NCBI GenBank assembly: GCA_965200595.1
Contig: CBDAUE010000008.1
Span: 97,859-161,858 of the forward strand
Reading direction: 5' to 3'
Source: Thermodesulfobacteriota bacterium
Lineage (GTDB): Bacteria; Desulfobacterota_D; UBA1144; Nemesobacterales; Nemesobacteraceae
Length of the DNA: 64,000 nt
Shown: positions 18,212-29,273 of the stretch, piece after piece
Layout of the letters: each line of letters begins with the position of its first letter
Numbering within the stretch: the stretch's first letter is position 1
Program-made: the position numbers and the translations under genes
Notes under the pieces: model-generated
Database searches by the model: none
Seen by the model: the letters and a program-made list of their open reading frames with translations, nothing else
Told to the model about the DNA's origin: nothing

Positions 18212-19813
18212 TTGAGGCAGCCAAATCACCCCGGTAATGCTCTACTGATGAAAGCCATGCAACCTGTACTGGGTACCCAGGCCCAGCGAGAAGCTGACCG
18301 ATTGACCATCGAATCATTTGGTTTGCCTGGCGTGGTCCTCATGGAGACGGCCGGCAGGGGGGTGGCATCCCATATAGAGCATCTTCTGGGGACTGTTGCT
18401 GGAAAACAAGTCGATATACTGGCAGGAAAGGGCAATAATGGAGGGGACGGTTATGTCATAGGCCGTGTGCTCCATTCAAGAGGGGCGAGAGTGCGAATCT
18501 GGGCCATGGGAACTGCTGATGAGATGCCGCCGGATGCAGCGCATCATCGGAGGTTGGTAGAAGAAATGGCTTGCCACACATCCGATGAAGAGTTGCCGAT
18601 ACATCCCTTAACAGGCAGTGTTTCTTTCAGAACGGACCTCTGTGTTGATGCCCTGTTGGGGACAGGGCTATCCAGACCCCTTCGCCCCAATCTCCGCAGC
18701 GTAGTGGAATATCTTAATGCCCAGCGTGCCCCAGTAGTAGCTGTTGATATCCCTACGGGTTTACACGCTGATACAGGTGAGGTCCTTGGCGCGGCGGTTC
18801 GGGCCCAGAGCACGGTGACCATGGCAGCGCTGAAGCCGGGGCTTCTATTGAATGAAGGCCCTGACCATGCTGGCAGTATCAAAACGGTGGATATTGGAAT
18901 TCCGCCGCATGTGTTTAGCGAAGTAGTTGGAAAGCATGGTGGGATTTGGCTTACAACTGACGCCGGAGTAAGGGCACTGATACCTGAACGCCCGGGTGAT
19001 GTACACAAATACTCTGCCGGAATGGCACTGGTCATTGGTGGCTCTCCCGGCCTCACAGGTGCTGCTATCATGGCCTCTCGAGCTGCGGCCCGAGTTGGGG
19101 CTGGCTATGTGACTTGTGCTACTTCTGAGTCTGTTTATCCCATTTTAGCCTCGCGATTTACTGCTACCACAACAATTGCTCTTCCCGAAGAGACTCCTGG
19201 GAATCTAGCATCGGTCCCTAATCATCCAGCATTAGAAGGAACACTGCGTAAAGCCGGGGCCGTTCTTGTCGGACCGGGCTTGGGTCGTGGTAGGGGCACA
19301 CAGTTATTCGTTCGGGACTTTCTGCGAAAGTCTTCGAAACCGGCTGTGATTGATGCTGATGGGCTGAACAGCTGGATAGGTCACACGAAAGAGTTATCTA
19401 GTCACTCCCAGGGACGCTGGATTTTTACTCCACACTCCGGAGAGTTAGATAGGCTGACTGGAAATGCAGATAGAACCAATCGCATTGAATCTGCCCGAAA
19501 ATGGGCCAAGCGATGGAATGTAGTTCTTGTGGCCAAAGGAATGCCGAGCCTCGTGGCTGCTCCTAGCGGGGAAGTATTTATTTGTGGATCCGGAAATAGT
19601 GCATTAGCGACGGCAGGATCAGGGGATGTATTGGCTGGAATGTGTGTGGGACTTTTGGCTCAAGGGCTAACCCCTATAAATGCAGCGGTAGCCGCACTAC
19701 ATTTGGGAGGCCGATGTGCTGATCACTATTGCCGGGACAGGTCGGGACGGGCAATGACAGCTACCGATATGATTGCTGTCGTGGCGCAAGTGTTGAAGGG
19801 AATCGTTCTTTGA
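18212..19813 (+). CDS. nnr: Bifunctional NAD(P)H-hydrate repair enzyme (epimerase + ADP-dependent dehydratase), YjeF N+C fusion
   Basis: 533 aa with the YjeF-N motif GKGNNGGDGYV and a C-terminal carbohydrate-kinase-like half (GPGLGRG...ATAGSGDVLAG). The start may be an internal M (~18248). Confidence 0.85.
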   Translation: MRQPNHPGNALLMKAMQPVLGTQAQREADRLTIESFGLPGVVLMETAGRGVASHIEHLLGTVAGKQVDILAGKGNNGGDGYVIGRVLHSRGARVRIWAMGTADEMPPDAAHHRRLVEEMACHTSDEELPIHPLTGSVSFRTDLCVDALLGTGLSRPLRPNLRSVVEYLNAQRAPVVAVDIPTGLHADTGEVLGAAVRAQSTVTMAALKPGLLLNEGPDHAGSIKTVDIGIPPHVFSEVVGKHGGIWLTTDAGVRALIPERPGDVHKYSAGMALVIGGSPGLTGAAIMASRAAARVGAGYVTCATSESVYPILASRFTATTTIALPEETPGNLASVPNHPALEGTLRKAGAVLVGPGLGRGRGTQLFVRDFLRKSSKPAVIDADGLNSWIGHTKELSSHSQGRWIFTPHSGELDRLTGNADRTNRIESARKWAKRWNVVLVAKGMPSLVAAPSGEVFICGSGNSALATAGSGDVLAGMCVGLLAQGLTPINAAVAALHLGGRCADHYCRDRSGRAMTATDMIAVVAQVLKGIVL

Positions 19814-20397
19814 TCACGATCAAAGAGCTTTGATGCGTGGCCGCGGTGTTGCTCGTTGAAGGAGGGGTTGACAATCTCTCTCCCCCCAATCAATATCCAT
19901 GATGTTGCTCAACCTGGGATTTTTCGCTTCGATCCAATAGTTAGTGATCCTCTCTGCGGATTACAGGTTGTAAAAAGCAGTTATCAGGCTCTACGCTGCC
20001 ATTCTTGAGGATCGAGGTGGTCTTAAGACACCTTCTTCGGTGGTTTCTCGGTCGTTATTACAGATTTTGTTGTGCCGAAGCATTTTTCATTGAAAACCAG
20101 GGCATATACCCCTACGCAAGGGTCTCGTTGTTGTTGGTCTGTGTCGGGGAATTGACAGACCTGAATAGTTTTTCAGTGCGGGAGCGACAAAAATTGTCTA
20201 TTCCGGTGTGGCTGCATTGGCAAAGAACAATAAAGTGCTGGAGAACAATAGCCCCTGGCAAAATCCCTGGCGAGACGTTGCCACAGTCTGCCATCTTGTC
20301 ATACCTCACGACACTGGTACGTTTTTAGTTCTTACCGTCAATTGATACAACGCAGCACATACTGCAAGAACAATAAGACAAACTGACAACCTGAACT

Positions 20398-23007
20398 ATG
20401 AACCTTGACAGATTTACAGTAAAAGCGAAAGAAATTGTCCAGAGTGCCCTGTCAATTGCCGCGGCAAACCAGCACCAGGGGCTGGAGCCACCCCATGTGA
20501 TGGAGGCCTTGTTGGCTGAGAAAGGCGGCGTTGGCGGTGCAATTCTCCAGAAGCTTGATGCCAGCATGCCACTCGTAGATGTGGCTGTAAAAGAAGCGAT
20601 GAAAAAGCTCCCCAAAGTCTCGGGAAGCACAGTATCTGGTACTTATCTGGGAGAAGGGATCAAGCAGGTTTTCGACCTGGCTTCCAAAGCAGCTGCATCG
20701 ATGCAGGACCAATATGTCAGCAGTGAACACTTGCTAATGGGAATTGCCTCATCGGAAACGCCACTGGGACGCTCCCTCCGAAAGCAGGGCATCACAAAGA
20801 AAAGCATCGCCAATGTATTGAAAGGCATTCGCGGTGGTCAACGGGTCACTGATCCGCACGCCGAAGACAGATATCAGGCTTTAGAGCGCTTTACGCGCAA
20901 TCTGAATGACATGGCCCGAAAAGGCAAGATCGATCCGGTGATCGGAAGAGACGAGGAAATTCGTCGAGTTCTTCAAATTTTATCCCGACGCAAAAAGAAT
21001 AATCCTGTTCTGATTGGTGAAGCAGGAGTCGGCAAAACGGCTATTGCCGAGGGGATCGCGATAAGGATCGTACAGGGGGACGTTCCAGAAGGCCTTAAAT
21101 CCAAGGTGGTCCATACCCTCGATATGGGTGCCATGATCGCCGGAGCAAAGTATCGTGGGGAATTCGAAGACAGGCTGAAGGCAGTGATAAAGGAGGTGGT
21201 CGATTCAGATGGAGAAATCCTTCTTTTCATCGATGAGATTCACACACTGGTAGGGGCTGGGAGCGCTGAAGGGGCCATGGATGCGGCAAATATCCTGAAG
21301 CCCGCCTTGGCAAGGGGAGACTTGCGGACAATAGGTGCAACGACGATCGATGAGTATCGCAAGCATCTCGAGAAAGACAAGGCCCTGGCACGTCGTTTCC
21401 AGACCATAATGGTGGATGAACCCACAATTGAAGACACAGTCTCCATTCTTAGGGGCATCCGTGAGCGCTATGAAGTGCATCACGGGGTTCGAATTAATGA
21501 TGAAGCAATCGTGGCAGCTGCAGAGCTGAGCCAGCGGTACATAACCGATCGCTTTTTACCGGACAAAGCCATTGACCTCGTTGATGAAGCTATGGCAAAG
21601 CTGCGAACCGAAATTGACTCCATGCCAGAGGAGATCGATGGACTGGAACGCCAGATCAGGCAGCTGGAGGTAGAGCGTGAAGCTGTTAAGAGAGATAATG
21701 ATGAAGCGAAGCTTCAACATATCAATAACCAGTTGGCGAATCTGGAAACAGAGCGAACGGCGCTCCACCTTCGTTGGGGAGAAGAAAAACAGCTCATTCA
21801 GGATATCCGAATGGCAAAAGAGGAAATAGAAAAGCTGGGCATTAAGGCCGAGGAAATGCTGCGTAACAGCAGGTTTGCCGAGGTAGCACAGATTCAGTAT
21901 GGTCAGATTCCCGGTCTGGAGAGAAAGATCAACGAAGCCCAGGCCAAGCTTAATGAGATTCAATCTCAGGGGGCTTTGCTGAAGGAGGAGATTGGGGGCG
22001 AAGATATTGCCGAAATAGTTTCCAAATGGACTGGGGTGCCGGTATCTCGTATGATGGAAAGTGAGCGCACACGACTGGTTCGAATTGAAGAAGAACTCAA
22101 AAAGCGGGTGATCGGTCAGGACGAGGCCATTACAACAGTAGCGCATGCAGTTCGTCGTGGGCGTGCAGGGCTACAGGAAGTGGGGCGTCCCATAGGGTCA
22201 TTCATCTTCCTGGGTTCGACCGGAGTAGGAAAGACAGAGTTGGCAAAAACGCTCGCACTATTCCTCTTCAACAAGGAAAATGCGCTGGTACGAATTGATA
22301 TGAGTGAGTATCAGGAGCGCCATAGTGTCAGCCGCCTCGTGGGTGCCCCTCCGGGATATGTAGGATTCGAAGAAGGAGGACAGCTGACAGAAGCGGTAAG
22401 AAGACGCCCCTATTCGGTGGTCCTGCTGGATGAGATCGAGAAGGCCCACCCAGAGGTTTTTAACACGCTTCTGCAGGTTCTGGATGACGGCGTGCTGACA
22501 GATGGAAAGGGTAGAACCACCGACTTCAAGAATACCATCATCATAATGACCAGCAACCTGGGGTCAGAATTGCTGATGAAGAAAATGGAGTCTTCAGACG
22601 GAGACCTGACACCCCAGGAGCAAAAAAGATTGAAAGAGTCCGTGCTCCAGCTTCTCAAAAGTCGTTTGCGTCCGGAGTTCCTCAATAGGATCGATGAGAC
22701 CATTCTGTTTAATGCCCTCGGCAAGTCTGTCATTGAAGAGATTGTCAGAAATCAGTTTGCACGCCTCCAGGAAATGGTTCTAAAGACTCATGGCGTAGAA
22801 CTGAAGCTTGCAAACGATGCCGTTTCGTTCCTTGCTGAAAAGGGGTTTGAGCCAGCCTTTGGAGCACGCCCTGTAAAGCGGGTATTGCAGCGCGAAGTAG
22901 CGAATAAGCTCGCTGAGGGAATACTGTCGGGTTGGGTCCAGCCGGGACATCATATTACGGTGCGCATGGCCCCGGACAAATCAGGGATTGTGCTGGAAAC
23001 ATCATGA
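20398..23007 (+). CDS. clpB: ATP-dependent chaperone ClpB
   Basis: 869 aa with two AAA+ modules ([13 protein letters not shown] and [15 protein letters not shown] Walker A motifs) separated by a long coiled-coil middle domain. The N-terminus is the Clp-N domain. Confidence 0.95.
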   Translation: MNLDRFTVKAKEIVQSALSIAAANQHQGLEPPHVMEALLAEKGGVGGAILQKLDASMPLVDVAVKEAMKKLPKVSGSTVSGTYLGEGIKQVFDLASKAAASMQDQYVSSEHLLMGIASSETPLGRSLRKQGITKKSIANVLKGIRGGQRVTDPHAEDRYQALERFTRNLNDMARKGKIDPVIGRDEEIRRVLQILSRRKKNNPVLIGEAGVGKTAIAEGIAIRIVQGDVPEGLKSKVVHTLDMGAMIAGAKYRGEFEDRLKAVIKEVVDSDGEILLFIDEIHTLVGAGSAEGAMDAANILKPALARGDLRTIGATTIDEYRKHLEKDKALARRFQTIMVDEPTIEDTVSILRGIRERYEVHHGVRINDEAIVAAAELSQRYITDRFLPDKAIDLVDEAMAKLRTEIDSMPEEIDGLERQIRQLEVEREAVKRDNDEAKLQHINNQLANLETERTALHLRWGEEKQLIQDIRMAKEEIEKLGIKAEEMLRNSRFAEVAQIQYGQIPGLERKINEAQAKLNEIQSQGALLKEEIGGEDIAEIVSKWTGVPVSRMMESERTRLVRIEEELKKRVIGQDEAITTVAHAVRRGRAGLQEVGRPIGSFIFLGSTGVGKTELAKTLALFLFNKENALVRIDMSEYQERHSVSRLVGAPPGYVGFEEGGQLTEAVRRRPYSVVLLDEIEKAHPEVFNTLLQVLDDGVLTDGKGRTTDFKNTIIIMTSNLGSELLMKKMESSDGDLTPQEQKRLKESVLQLLKSRLRPEFLNRIDETILFNALGKSVIEEIVRNQFARLQEMVLKTHGVELKLANDAVSFLAEKGFEPAFGARPVKRVLQREVANKLAEGILSGWVQPGHHITVRMAPDKSGIVLETS

Positions 23008-23267
23008 AGAAAACAGTGCCCGTCCGGTGAAAGGACTGCCCTTAGGGCCTCATTGATTTGCTGATAGCGGTGGTTATGTGGTTTTTTGACCAACTGAGGT
23101 AGGTGTAGAAAGCAATAGCGTATCTTAGTTTTGGTGCTAGATACGCACCAATGGCCATGTGTCGTTGCTGGTAGCGTATCTGAAATTGGTATGAGAGACT
23201 GATTGATGTCGAGCCCCTTATAGCTCCAACCCCTCAGCTACGCTGCAAAACGTAATGTTGGTCCCTC

Positions 23268-26200
23268 ATGCATCTTAGCAAGCTTCTGATCCATGGATTC
23301 AAGAGTTTTGCTAATCCCACAGAGTTGCTCTTTCACTCCGGAATCACGGCAATAGTAGGTCCTAATGGATGCGGCAAATCCAATATTGTTGATGCCGTTA
23401 GGTGGGTTGTAGGGGAGCAGCGGTCGCGCATTCTGCGGTCTGACAAGATGGGTGGCGTGATTTTTAACGGGACGGCTACCCGAAGAGGGTTGGGCATGGC
23501 TTCCGTAGAGCTTACAGTGCAGAATACCCGCGGAATCCTTCCGACAGTGTATTCAGAAGTGACGTTAGGGCGACGCCTGTATCGCTCTGGTGAGTCAGAA
23601 TATCTTCTCAATGGTGTCATCTGCCGCCTGAAGGATATCAAAGACCTGTTTCAGGACACAGGCATGGGTGCAGAAGCATATTCGGTAATCGAGCTCAAGA
23701 TGGTAGAGACCATCCTTTCGCAAGAGGCTGGGGACCGACGTCGCTTATTTGAAGAGGCTGCAGGGATTACCAAGTATAAGCATCGGCGTAGACAGGCCCT
23801 CAGGACATTGCAGGGAATCCAGTCGGATCTAACTCGGATTCAGGACCTCGCCAGTGAGGTGGGACGGCGCGTTAAGAGATTGGAAAGACAGGCCAAAGCT
23901 GCGGCGCGGCATAGCCAGTTGGTAGCACGGATACGTGAACTCACCCTGGCACTGGCTGTCATAGAGCACAGGGGACTAACCCTGGAAACAGAGTCTATTG
24001 GGAACCGCCTCAAGGAGCTCAGAGATAAGCTCACAAAGATCAAGGCAGTGCAGGGACGAAGAGAAGCCCTGCTGCAGGACAAGAAGAAAAAGCATACCGA
24101 CTATGAGCAGGAAGTTGTTCGGCGTGATCGTGAACTGAATGACCATCGCAACCACATACGGGACCTGACCGCCTCTCTGGAGCTCTCTAATGAGCGTCGC
24201 ATTTCGGTAAAAGCAGAAAATTCTGGCACCCGTAAGCGATGCCTCCAATGGAGAAAGCGACAGGAAGAACAGCAGAAAAGAGGCGAGAACCTTTGCGAAG
24301 AGAGGGTGGACGTCCTGTCGAAGGTCGAAAGCGCAAACACAAAGCTGAAGCCCCTACAGCAAGCCCGAGATAGTGCACGCGAGGCCCTGTCCATTAAGCG
24401 CAGGGATTTGGACGACCTTTCCCGAAAGCATGCCACGCTGACCGCTTCAGAATCATCTCACCTTAGAGAGTATGATCGGATCACCAATCGAGCAACCTTC
24501 GCCAAAGACAAGGAAAGGAGGCTAGGCAAGGAGGTTCAACTACTGGAACAGGCAAGGGAAGAGAGTAGAAAGAGGAAAACGAAGGCATGTACTGAGCTGC
24601 AAGCAGCAACGACAGCCTTGCACAGCGCCACAGAATCGCTAAAGAAAGCTGAAAAGCGATCACATGCGCTGCAGGGAGAAATCTCCGAAGAAAGGAGTCG
24701 GTTACAAATTTTGGCCGAACAGCGTGCTGCCTTACTGGCGGAGAGGAAGTTAGTCAATGAACTTGTTCAGGGATATGTGGATTTTCCTGTACCTACACGT
24801 TTTTTAGCTGATAATTTTGAAGAGCTGACTATTGTAAGTGATATTCTTCGTACCGACCAGAAGTACCGGACTGCACTGGCAGGGGTGCTGGGGACGGCGA
24901 GCTCAGCGATCGTTGTTGAAACTGTACAGGAAGCTTGTCGAGCGATCTCCCTGCTGCGTGAAGAGGACAAGGGCCGGACCCTATTTATTGTACTGGAGAG
25001 AATTCCTTCAGGTATTCCTGCTCCTGAGCCCCTTCCTGAAATGGTGCCGTTTGTTGACCTCGTATCAGTATCCGACGATCGATACCAATCTCTGGCTACC
25101 CTGCTGCTGCAGGATACTTATTTGGGACTCTCATTCGAGAGACTGAACGGACAATCAGCACGCGTGGTAACTGACACCGGTGAATGGATAGATAGTCGTG
25201 GAATAATCAGCGGAGGAAGCGACTCAACAGAACAGGTTCTGGTCCAGCATATGGACCGAAAGGAGCGATTGGCCTCGGTAACCGAGGAGCTCACCACGCT
25301 GGGGCAGCGCTATGCCAGGGGCAAAGGCAATCTGGACCTTCTCAACATGCAGCACCAGGAGGTCAATCTTGAGTCCAGACAGAAAAGTCAATACGATGCA
25401 CGGGTAGCATTGACATCTGCAGAACAGGCAATGAGTCGCCTCGAGCGAGAGGAAAAAGAGCTATTGAGACGACAAGCCAGATTGGAGCGATCACAAGAAT
25501 CAACGAAAGAAGAGATAAAGGCTTTATTAGCCGAGGCAAAGGTGCCCCGTGATGCTGCGAAATCAGCAGGAGAGAGTTTGAAGAAGATTGTAAGCCAAAT
25601 GGATGGTGTCCGAAAGGAGGTGTCGACTCTGGAAATACGGAGCAATCACACTCAAGATCAATTCACCGCTTCTCGTCTGGAGGCTCAGGACTTAAAAAAT
25701 AAACTGGCGCGGATAGATCATGAGATTGGGAATGTGATCCGGGAGGTTTCGGCGTCCAGATCTCGTGTTAAGGAGCTTCGGAAAGAAGAAACAACCTTGA
25801 ATAAGACACTCTCTTCATTGGAGGAGGAGCAGAACAGCATAAGAACATCACTGGATGAAGAGAGAAGTCGCGATTCTCTCGAACAGCCCGTTCGTGAAGC
25901 CCGAACCCGATTGATGGAAAACAGGGTGGCCATAGAAAAGATCGATCGATCCCTCAGAACCCTACGTCGAGAATCAGATGCTGCCCATCAGGAGGAGAGG
26001 GCGTTGTCAGTTCACTTTACAGCGCTGTCCACAAGAATGGAGGGAATTGTTGCTTCCGCACAAGAGCGGTATGGGGAGACGCTCAATGATTCATTGATTC
26101 CTGAAGGGTGGGATGAAGACGCCATGCGCAAGGATCTTGACCACGCTACAAATGAGCTGGGAAGAATGAGAAGTGTAAATGTGCTCGCAGAAGAGGAGTA

Positions 26201-26783
26201 CAGGGTTGAAAAAGAGCGACATACCTTCCTGGTGGAACAATACGAGGATTTGCAAAAATCCGAAACGGCTTTGTTGCAAACAGTTGATGCAATCAACAAG
26301 ACCGCCGCCAAGCGTTTTATGGAAACTTACGAGACCATTCGTGCCAGCTTCAAAAATCTCTTTCGAGAGCTCTTCGGCAAGGATACCGTAGGTGATCTGC
26401 GACTAAACACCAAAGACGACGTGCTGGAATCGAGGGTATCAGTAATGGCCCAGCCTCGCGGCAAAAGGCCTGTCAGTATTTCTCAATTGTCCAGCGGAGA
26501 AAAAACTCTTACGGCGATAGCTTTACTTTTTGCCATCTATCAGGTGAAACCCAGCCCTTTTTGTTTTTTGGATGAAGTTGATGCACCCTTAGATGATGCG
26601 AATGTGGACCGCTTCATGAATCTTGTTCGTCAGTTTTCAGGAAGCACACAGTTTGTTCTGGTCACCCACAACAAGCGGACGATGGAGCTGGCCGATCGCC
26701 TCTACGGCATTACAATGCGCGATCAGGGGATATCCCGTGTCGTGGGGGTACAGTTTAAGGAAGCGGTAGCTATTGCCGGATAA
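23268..26783 (+). CDS. smc: Chromosome segregation protein SMC
   Basis: 1171 aa with an N-terminal Walker A (GPNGCGKSN), long coiled coils, a hinge, and the C-terminal signature LSGGEKTLTAIALLFAI plus Walker B (FCFLDEVDAPLD). Confidence 0.9.
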   Translation: MHLSKLLIHGFKSFANPTELLFHSGITAIVGPNGCGKSNIVDAVRWVVGEQRSRILRSDKMGGVIFNGTATRRGLGMASVELTVQNTRGILPTVYSEVTLGRRLYRSGESEYLLNGVICRLKDIKDLFQDTGMGAEAYSVIELKMVETILSQEAGDRRRLFEEAAGITKYKHRRRQALRTLQGIQSDLTRIQDLASEVGRRVKRLERQAKAAARHSQLVARIRELTLALAVIEHRGLTLETESIGNRLKELRDKLTKIKAVQGRREALLQDKKKKHTDYEQEVVRRDRELNDHRNHIRDLTASLELSNERRISVKAENSGTRKRCLQWRKRQEEQQKRGENLCEERVDVLSKVESANTKLKPLQQARDSAREALSIKRRDLDDLSRKHATLTASESSHLREYDRITNRATFAKDKERRLGKEVQLLEQAREESRKRKTKACTELQAATTALHSATESLKKAEKRSHALQGEISEERSRLQILAEQRAALLAERKLVNELVQGYVDFPVPTRFLADNFEELTIVSDILRTDQKYRTALAGVLGTASSAIVVETVQEACRAISLLREEDKGRTLFIVLERIPSGIPAPEPLPEMVPFVDLVSVSDDRYQSLATLLLQDTYLGLSFERLNGQSARVVTDTGEWIDSRGIISGGSDSTEQVLVQHMDRKERLASVTEELTTLGQRYARGKGNLDLLNMQHQEVNLESRQKSQYDARVALTSAEQAMSRLEREEKELLRRQARLERSQESTKEEIKALLAEAKVPRDAAKSAGESLKKIVSQMDGVRKEVSTLEIRSNHTQDQFTASRLEAQDLKNKLARIDHEIGNVIREVSASRSRVKELRKEETTLNKTLSSLEEEQNSIRTSLDEERSRDSLEQPVREARTRLMENRVAIEKIDRSLRTLRRESDAAHQEERALSVHFTALSTRMEGIVASAQERYGETLNDSLIPEGWDEDAMRKDLDHATNELGRMRSVNVLAEEEYRVEKERHTFLVEQYEDLQKSETALLQTVDAINKTAAKRFMETYETIRASFKNLFRELFGKDTVGDLRLNTKDDVLESRVSVMAQPRGKRPVSISQLSSGEKTLTAIALLFAIYQVKPSPFCFLDEVDAPLDDANVDRFMNLVRQFSGSTQFVLVTHNKRTMELADRLYGITMRDQGISRVVGVQFKEAVAIAG

Positions 26784-26877
26784 CTACCAACCGCAACCAC
26801 CGAGCATTCGGCTCACTCAACTTTGTATCACCGGTATCCGCCCCTTCCGAAGGAGGGATAATGTCATTGTAGCACCG

Positions 26878-27267
26878 CTACTCCATTAGTGCCTGGGCCT
26901 CAATTTCGACGACCATTTTATCGTCAATCAGGCCAGAAATCTCAAACATTGTGCAGGCGGGCTTCACTGTTTGGAAATACTCAGCATGAGCACGTCCGAC
27001 GTCGTGCGCATGAGCAGCGATATTGGTCACATAGATGCGGGTACGTACCACATCTTCCAACCCTGATCCAGCCTTTTCGAGAGCCTTCTTAATTATAGAG
27101 AGAATATGCTTGGTCTGGCCGTATCCGTCGTGGGGTGCAACAACAACCCCCGACGAATCAACCGAGGCGGTACCGGCAACAAAAACATGCCGCCCCACAC
27201 GTACAGCTCGGCTGTAACCTACTGTGGACTCCCAGGGAGCACCACTAGAAATGAGTTGCCGTGCCAA
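26878..27267 (-). CDS. ridA: RidA/YjgF-family reactive-intermediate deaminase
   Basis: 129 aa with a C-terminal AxExE-type pattern (VVEIEAQALME) and PARS/V..VY motifs typical of the RidA family. Confidence 0.8.
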   Translation of the reverse strand: MARQLISSGAPWESTVGYSRAVRVGRHVFVAGTASVDSSGVVVAPHDGYGQTKHILSIIKKALEKAGSGLEDVVRTRIYVTNIAAHAHDVGRAHAEYFQTVKPACTMFEISGLIDDKMVVEIEAQALME

Positions 27268-27634
27268 ATCGGTGTATCAGAAGCCTGCTGAGAGAGCAAA
27301 ATATGAAAGTTCCGCACAGTATCACCAGGATACACTGCTGAATACATAAAGGGCTTCGGGGTGTGTATTCGGTGCTAATAAGCAGCCAGAAAATGGGGCC
27401 GCCCTTAGCAACTGGTACAGTGGCTATCAAGACTGATAACCAGACAAGCGCGGTTTGATATTGATTTGTTCTTCTGAGAAGGATCGCGTTGATCAATAAA
27501 GCAAACCCAAGAAGCGAAGGAAGCATGAGATGTGCCTCACCTTCCTGTACCATAGCCCAGGTACCGAAGCCCAATATGATCAGTAGTCCACCCATGACAA
27601 CGGTGTTCCTGATAAACAGGTGTCTCTCACCCAT
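27245..27634 (-). CDS. Hypothetical integral membrane protein (about 4 transmembrane helices)
   Basis: 129-aa hydrophobic ORF. It overlaps the ridA start by 23 bp. I recognise no family. Confidence 0.3.
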   Translation of the reverse strand: MGERHLFIRNTVVMGGLLIILGFGTWAMVQEGEAHLMLPSLLGFALLINAILLRRTNQYQTALVWLSVLIATVPVAKGGPIFWLLISTEYTPRSPLCIQQCILVILCGTFIFCSLSRLLIHRFGTATHF

Positions 27635-27703
27635 AGATTTTCAGCCAGGAAAAGTCACTCACACATGAAGTATTCCAGGAGAAAAAATCCCGGAATACAC
27701 GAT

Positions 27704-28483
27704 TTATAGCGTCACAAATCGAGCCAGGCGCTCCAGCTCTGTATCATCGACGTATTTACCTATTTCACGGTGAAATTCGCCAATGTTAGAGTAGGGTCGG
27801 TATTCTTTAAATTCCCCCATCATCCTCGGACCGACACCGGGGATGGCCAGGATTTGCTCATCGGTTGCGTGATTCAGGTTGACTGGCACAAAGATATACT
27901 GCTCCAGTCTGGCAACTTCTACTTCGTCAACATATTTTCCGATCTCTTTTCTGAATTGTCCGATATGGGAGTAGGGTCGGTATTCTTCGAATTCATAAGC
28001 CATGCGATCTCCGACACCAGGGATGGCAAGAATTTCTTCTCGAGAGGCAGAGTTGAGGTTGATCGGGATACTCACAATTGCCAGGAGAGAATCAGCCCTT
28101 GAAGAACTGTCATGCTGCATGGCCATGTTGTTGGCTTCTGCTGCACCACTATCAGCCGGAGCGCCTTCTTCCTCAACAGGCATTTCAGGTGTTTCTTCTT
28201 CGAGGGTAACATCCATTTCCATAGAGTCAGATTCCATGGGCATCATGTCATACACTCCAACATTCGAGAGGGTAGAATGGAGATCAGAGAGGGAGTGGAA
28301 TGGTCTGGCATTCAGGATTGCCATAGCTAATTCTTCGCCCACAGCGGCTTGCAAAGCTTCAACTGAAGCTATGTTGGCGTTGAGCATATCGTCAGTTGAT
28401 GCTACTTCAGGCTGAACTTCAGGCGCTGCACAAGCCGCAAGGAAAAGGAGAGCGGGTACCAAAGACAATACTGCAGATTTCAT
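27704..28483 (-). CDS. Lipoprotein with two tandem ComEA-like helix-hairpin-helix DNA-binding modules and an acidic Met-rich linker
   Basis: 259 aa with a lipoprotein-type signal (LLFLAACAAP). The LNSASREEILAIPGVGDRMA and LNHATDEQILAIPGVGPRMM units are each followed by EYRPYS-IG-F--EIGKYVD. The linker reads MMPMESDSMEMDVTLEEETPEMPVEEE. Confidence 0.65.
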   Translation of the reverse strand: MKSAVLSLVPALLFLAACAAPEVQPEVASTDDMLNANIASVEALQAAVGEELAMAILNARPFHSLSDLHSTLSNVGVYDMMPMESDSMEMDVTLEEETPEMPVEEEGAPADSGAAEANNMAMQHDSSSRADSLLAIVSIPINLNSASREEILAIPGVGDRMAYEFEEYRPYSHIGQFRKEIGKYVDEVEVARLEQYIFVPVNLNHATDEQILAIPGVGPRMMGEFKEYRPYSNIGEFHREIGKYVDDTELERLARFVTL

Positions 28484-29273
28484 AGTACCAAAATCGAAGG
28501 TTTAAGAATTAGGATCAGATTTTCCCTGCAGTGAGCCGAAAATGCTATAAATGCTATAGTAGAACCTCAGAAAATCGCTCTACAAACAGAGATAGAAAAA
28601 TACCGATCATCCCGACCTGTTCAGGCTGTCTGAGGACGAATATATAGTGAATGTAGAGGGTTAAGAACAGAGTATAAGTTTGACTGTGAGAGAAAAAAAA
28701 AGAGACTATTGGAATGACCAGGAATTTTCGATTCAACACAAGCCTGAGGGTTTCTCTTTATAAGAGATAGAGGTATTTAAGCGCCTCTGGTGGTGAATTC
28801 GGACTGCATGTTTCCCAGGATGGGTTTGGAAAAGAAAAATTTACGCTCCAATGAAGCTGATTCAGTTGATTGGGCATCCGAAGGAGTGTCAGATGACCTG
28901 CATGCTGGCAGAGGCCGCACAGGTGATTCTCGTTTACAGAAGAAGAATCTAATGGAGATTTGGGCCTGCCTGGCTTATTTCTGACACGTAGTACCGTCGC
29001 TCCTTCATCAGATCTATTACCAGAGAGCCGCGATCGCGGGTATTTTCCGCAAAATTGAACGTATTGGATTTTTTCGAGGACCGGGTGTTTTCAATTTTTA
29101 TGCGCTTCAACGGGGTAAGGACATACAGCCAGAGGGAGAAGCTGGCATGCTTCGCTTCTCTTAGAGGTTAAAGAGAGAGACTGTGAGTTTTGTCTAAGCA
29201 ACTATCTAAGGAATTTCCCGACACAGAATGCGATGAGAAGTCAATCCATTCAAAACGACACGATCGGCAGCTA

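Noticed and set aside
20005-20328. 107-aa ORF upstream of clpB
   Set aside because: It lies in the promoter region of clpB, has odd composition (W/R/C-rich) and no family resemblance. It is probably not coding.
23333-26391. Numerous 60-110-aa ORFs on both strands inside smc, and similarly inside clpB, copA and the M16 genes
   Set aside because: These are antisense and off-frame ORFs produced by the codon bias of long coiled-coil and GC-rich genes. None has a start context or protein-like composition.
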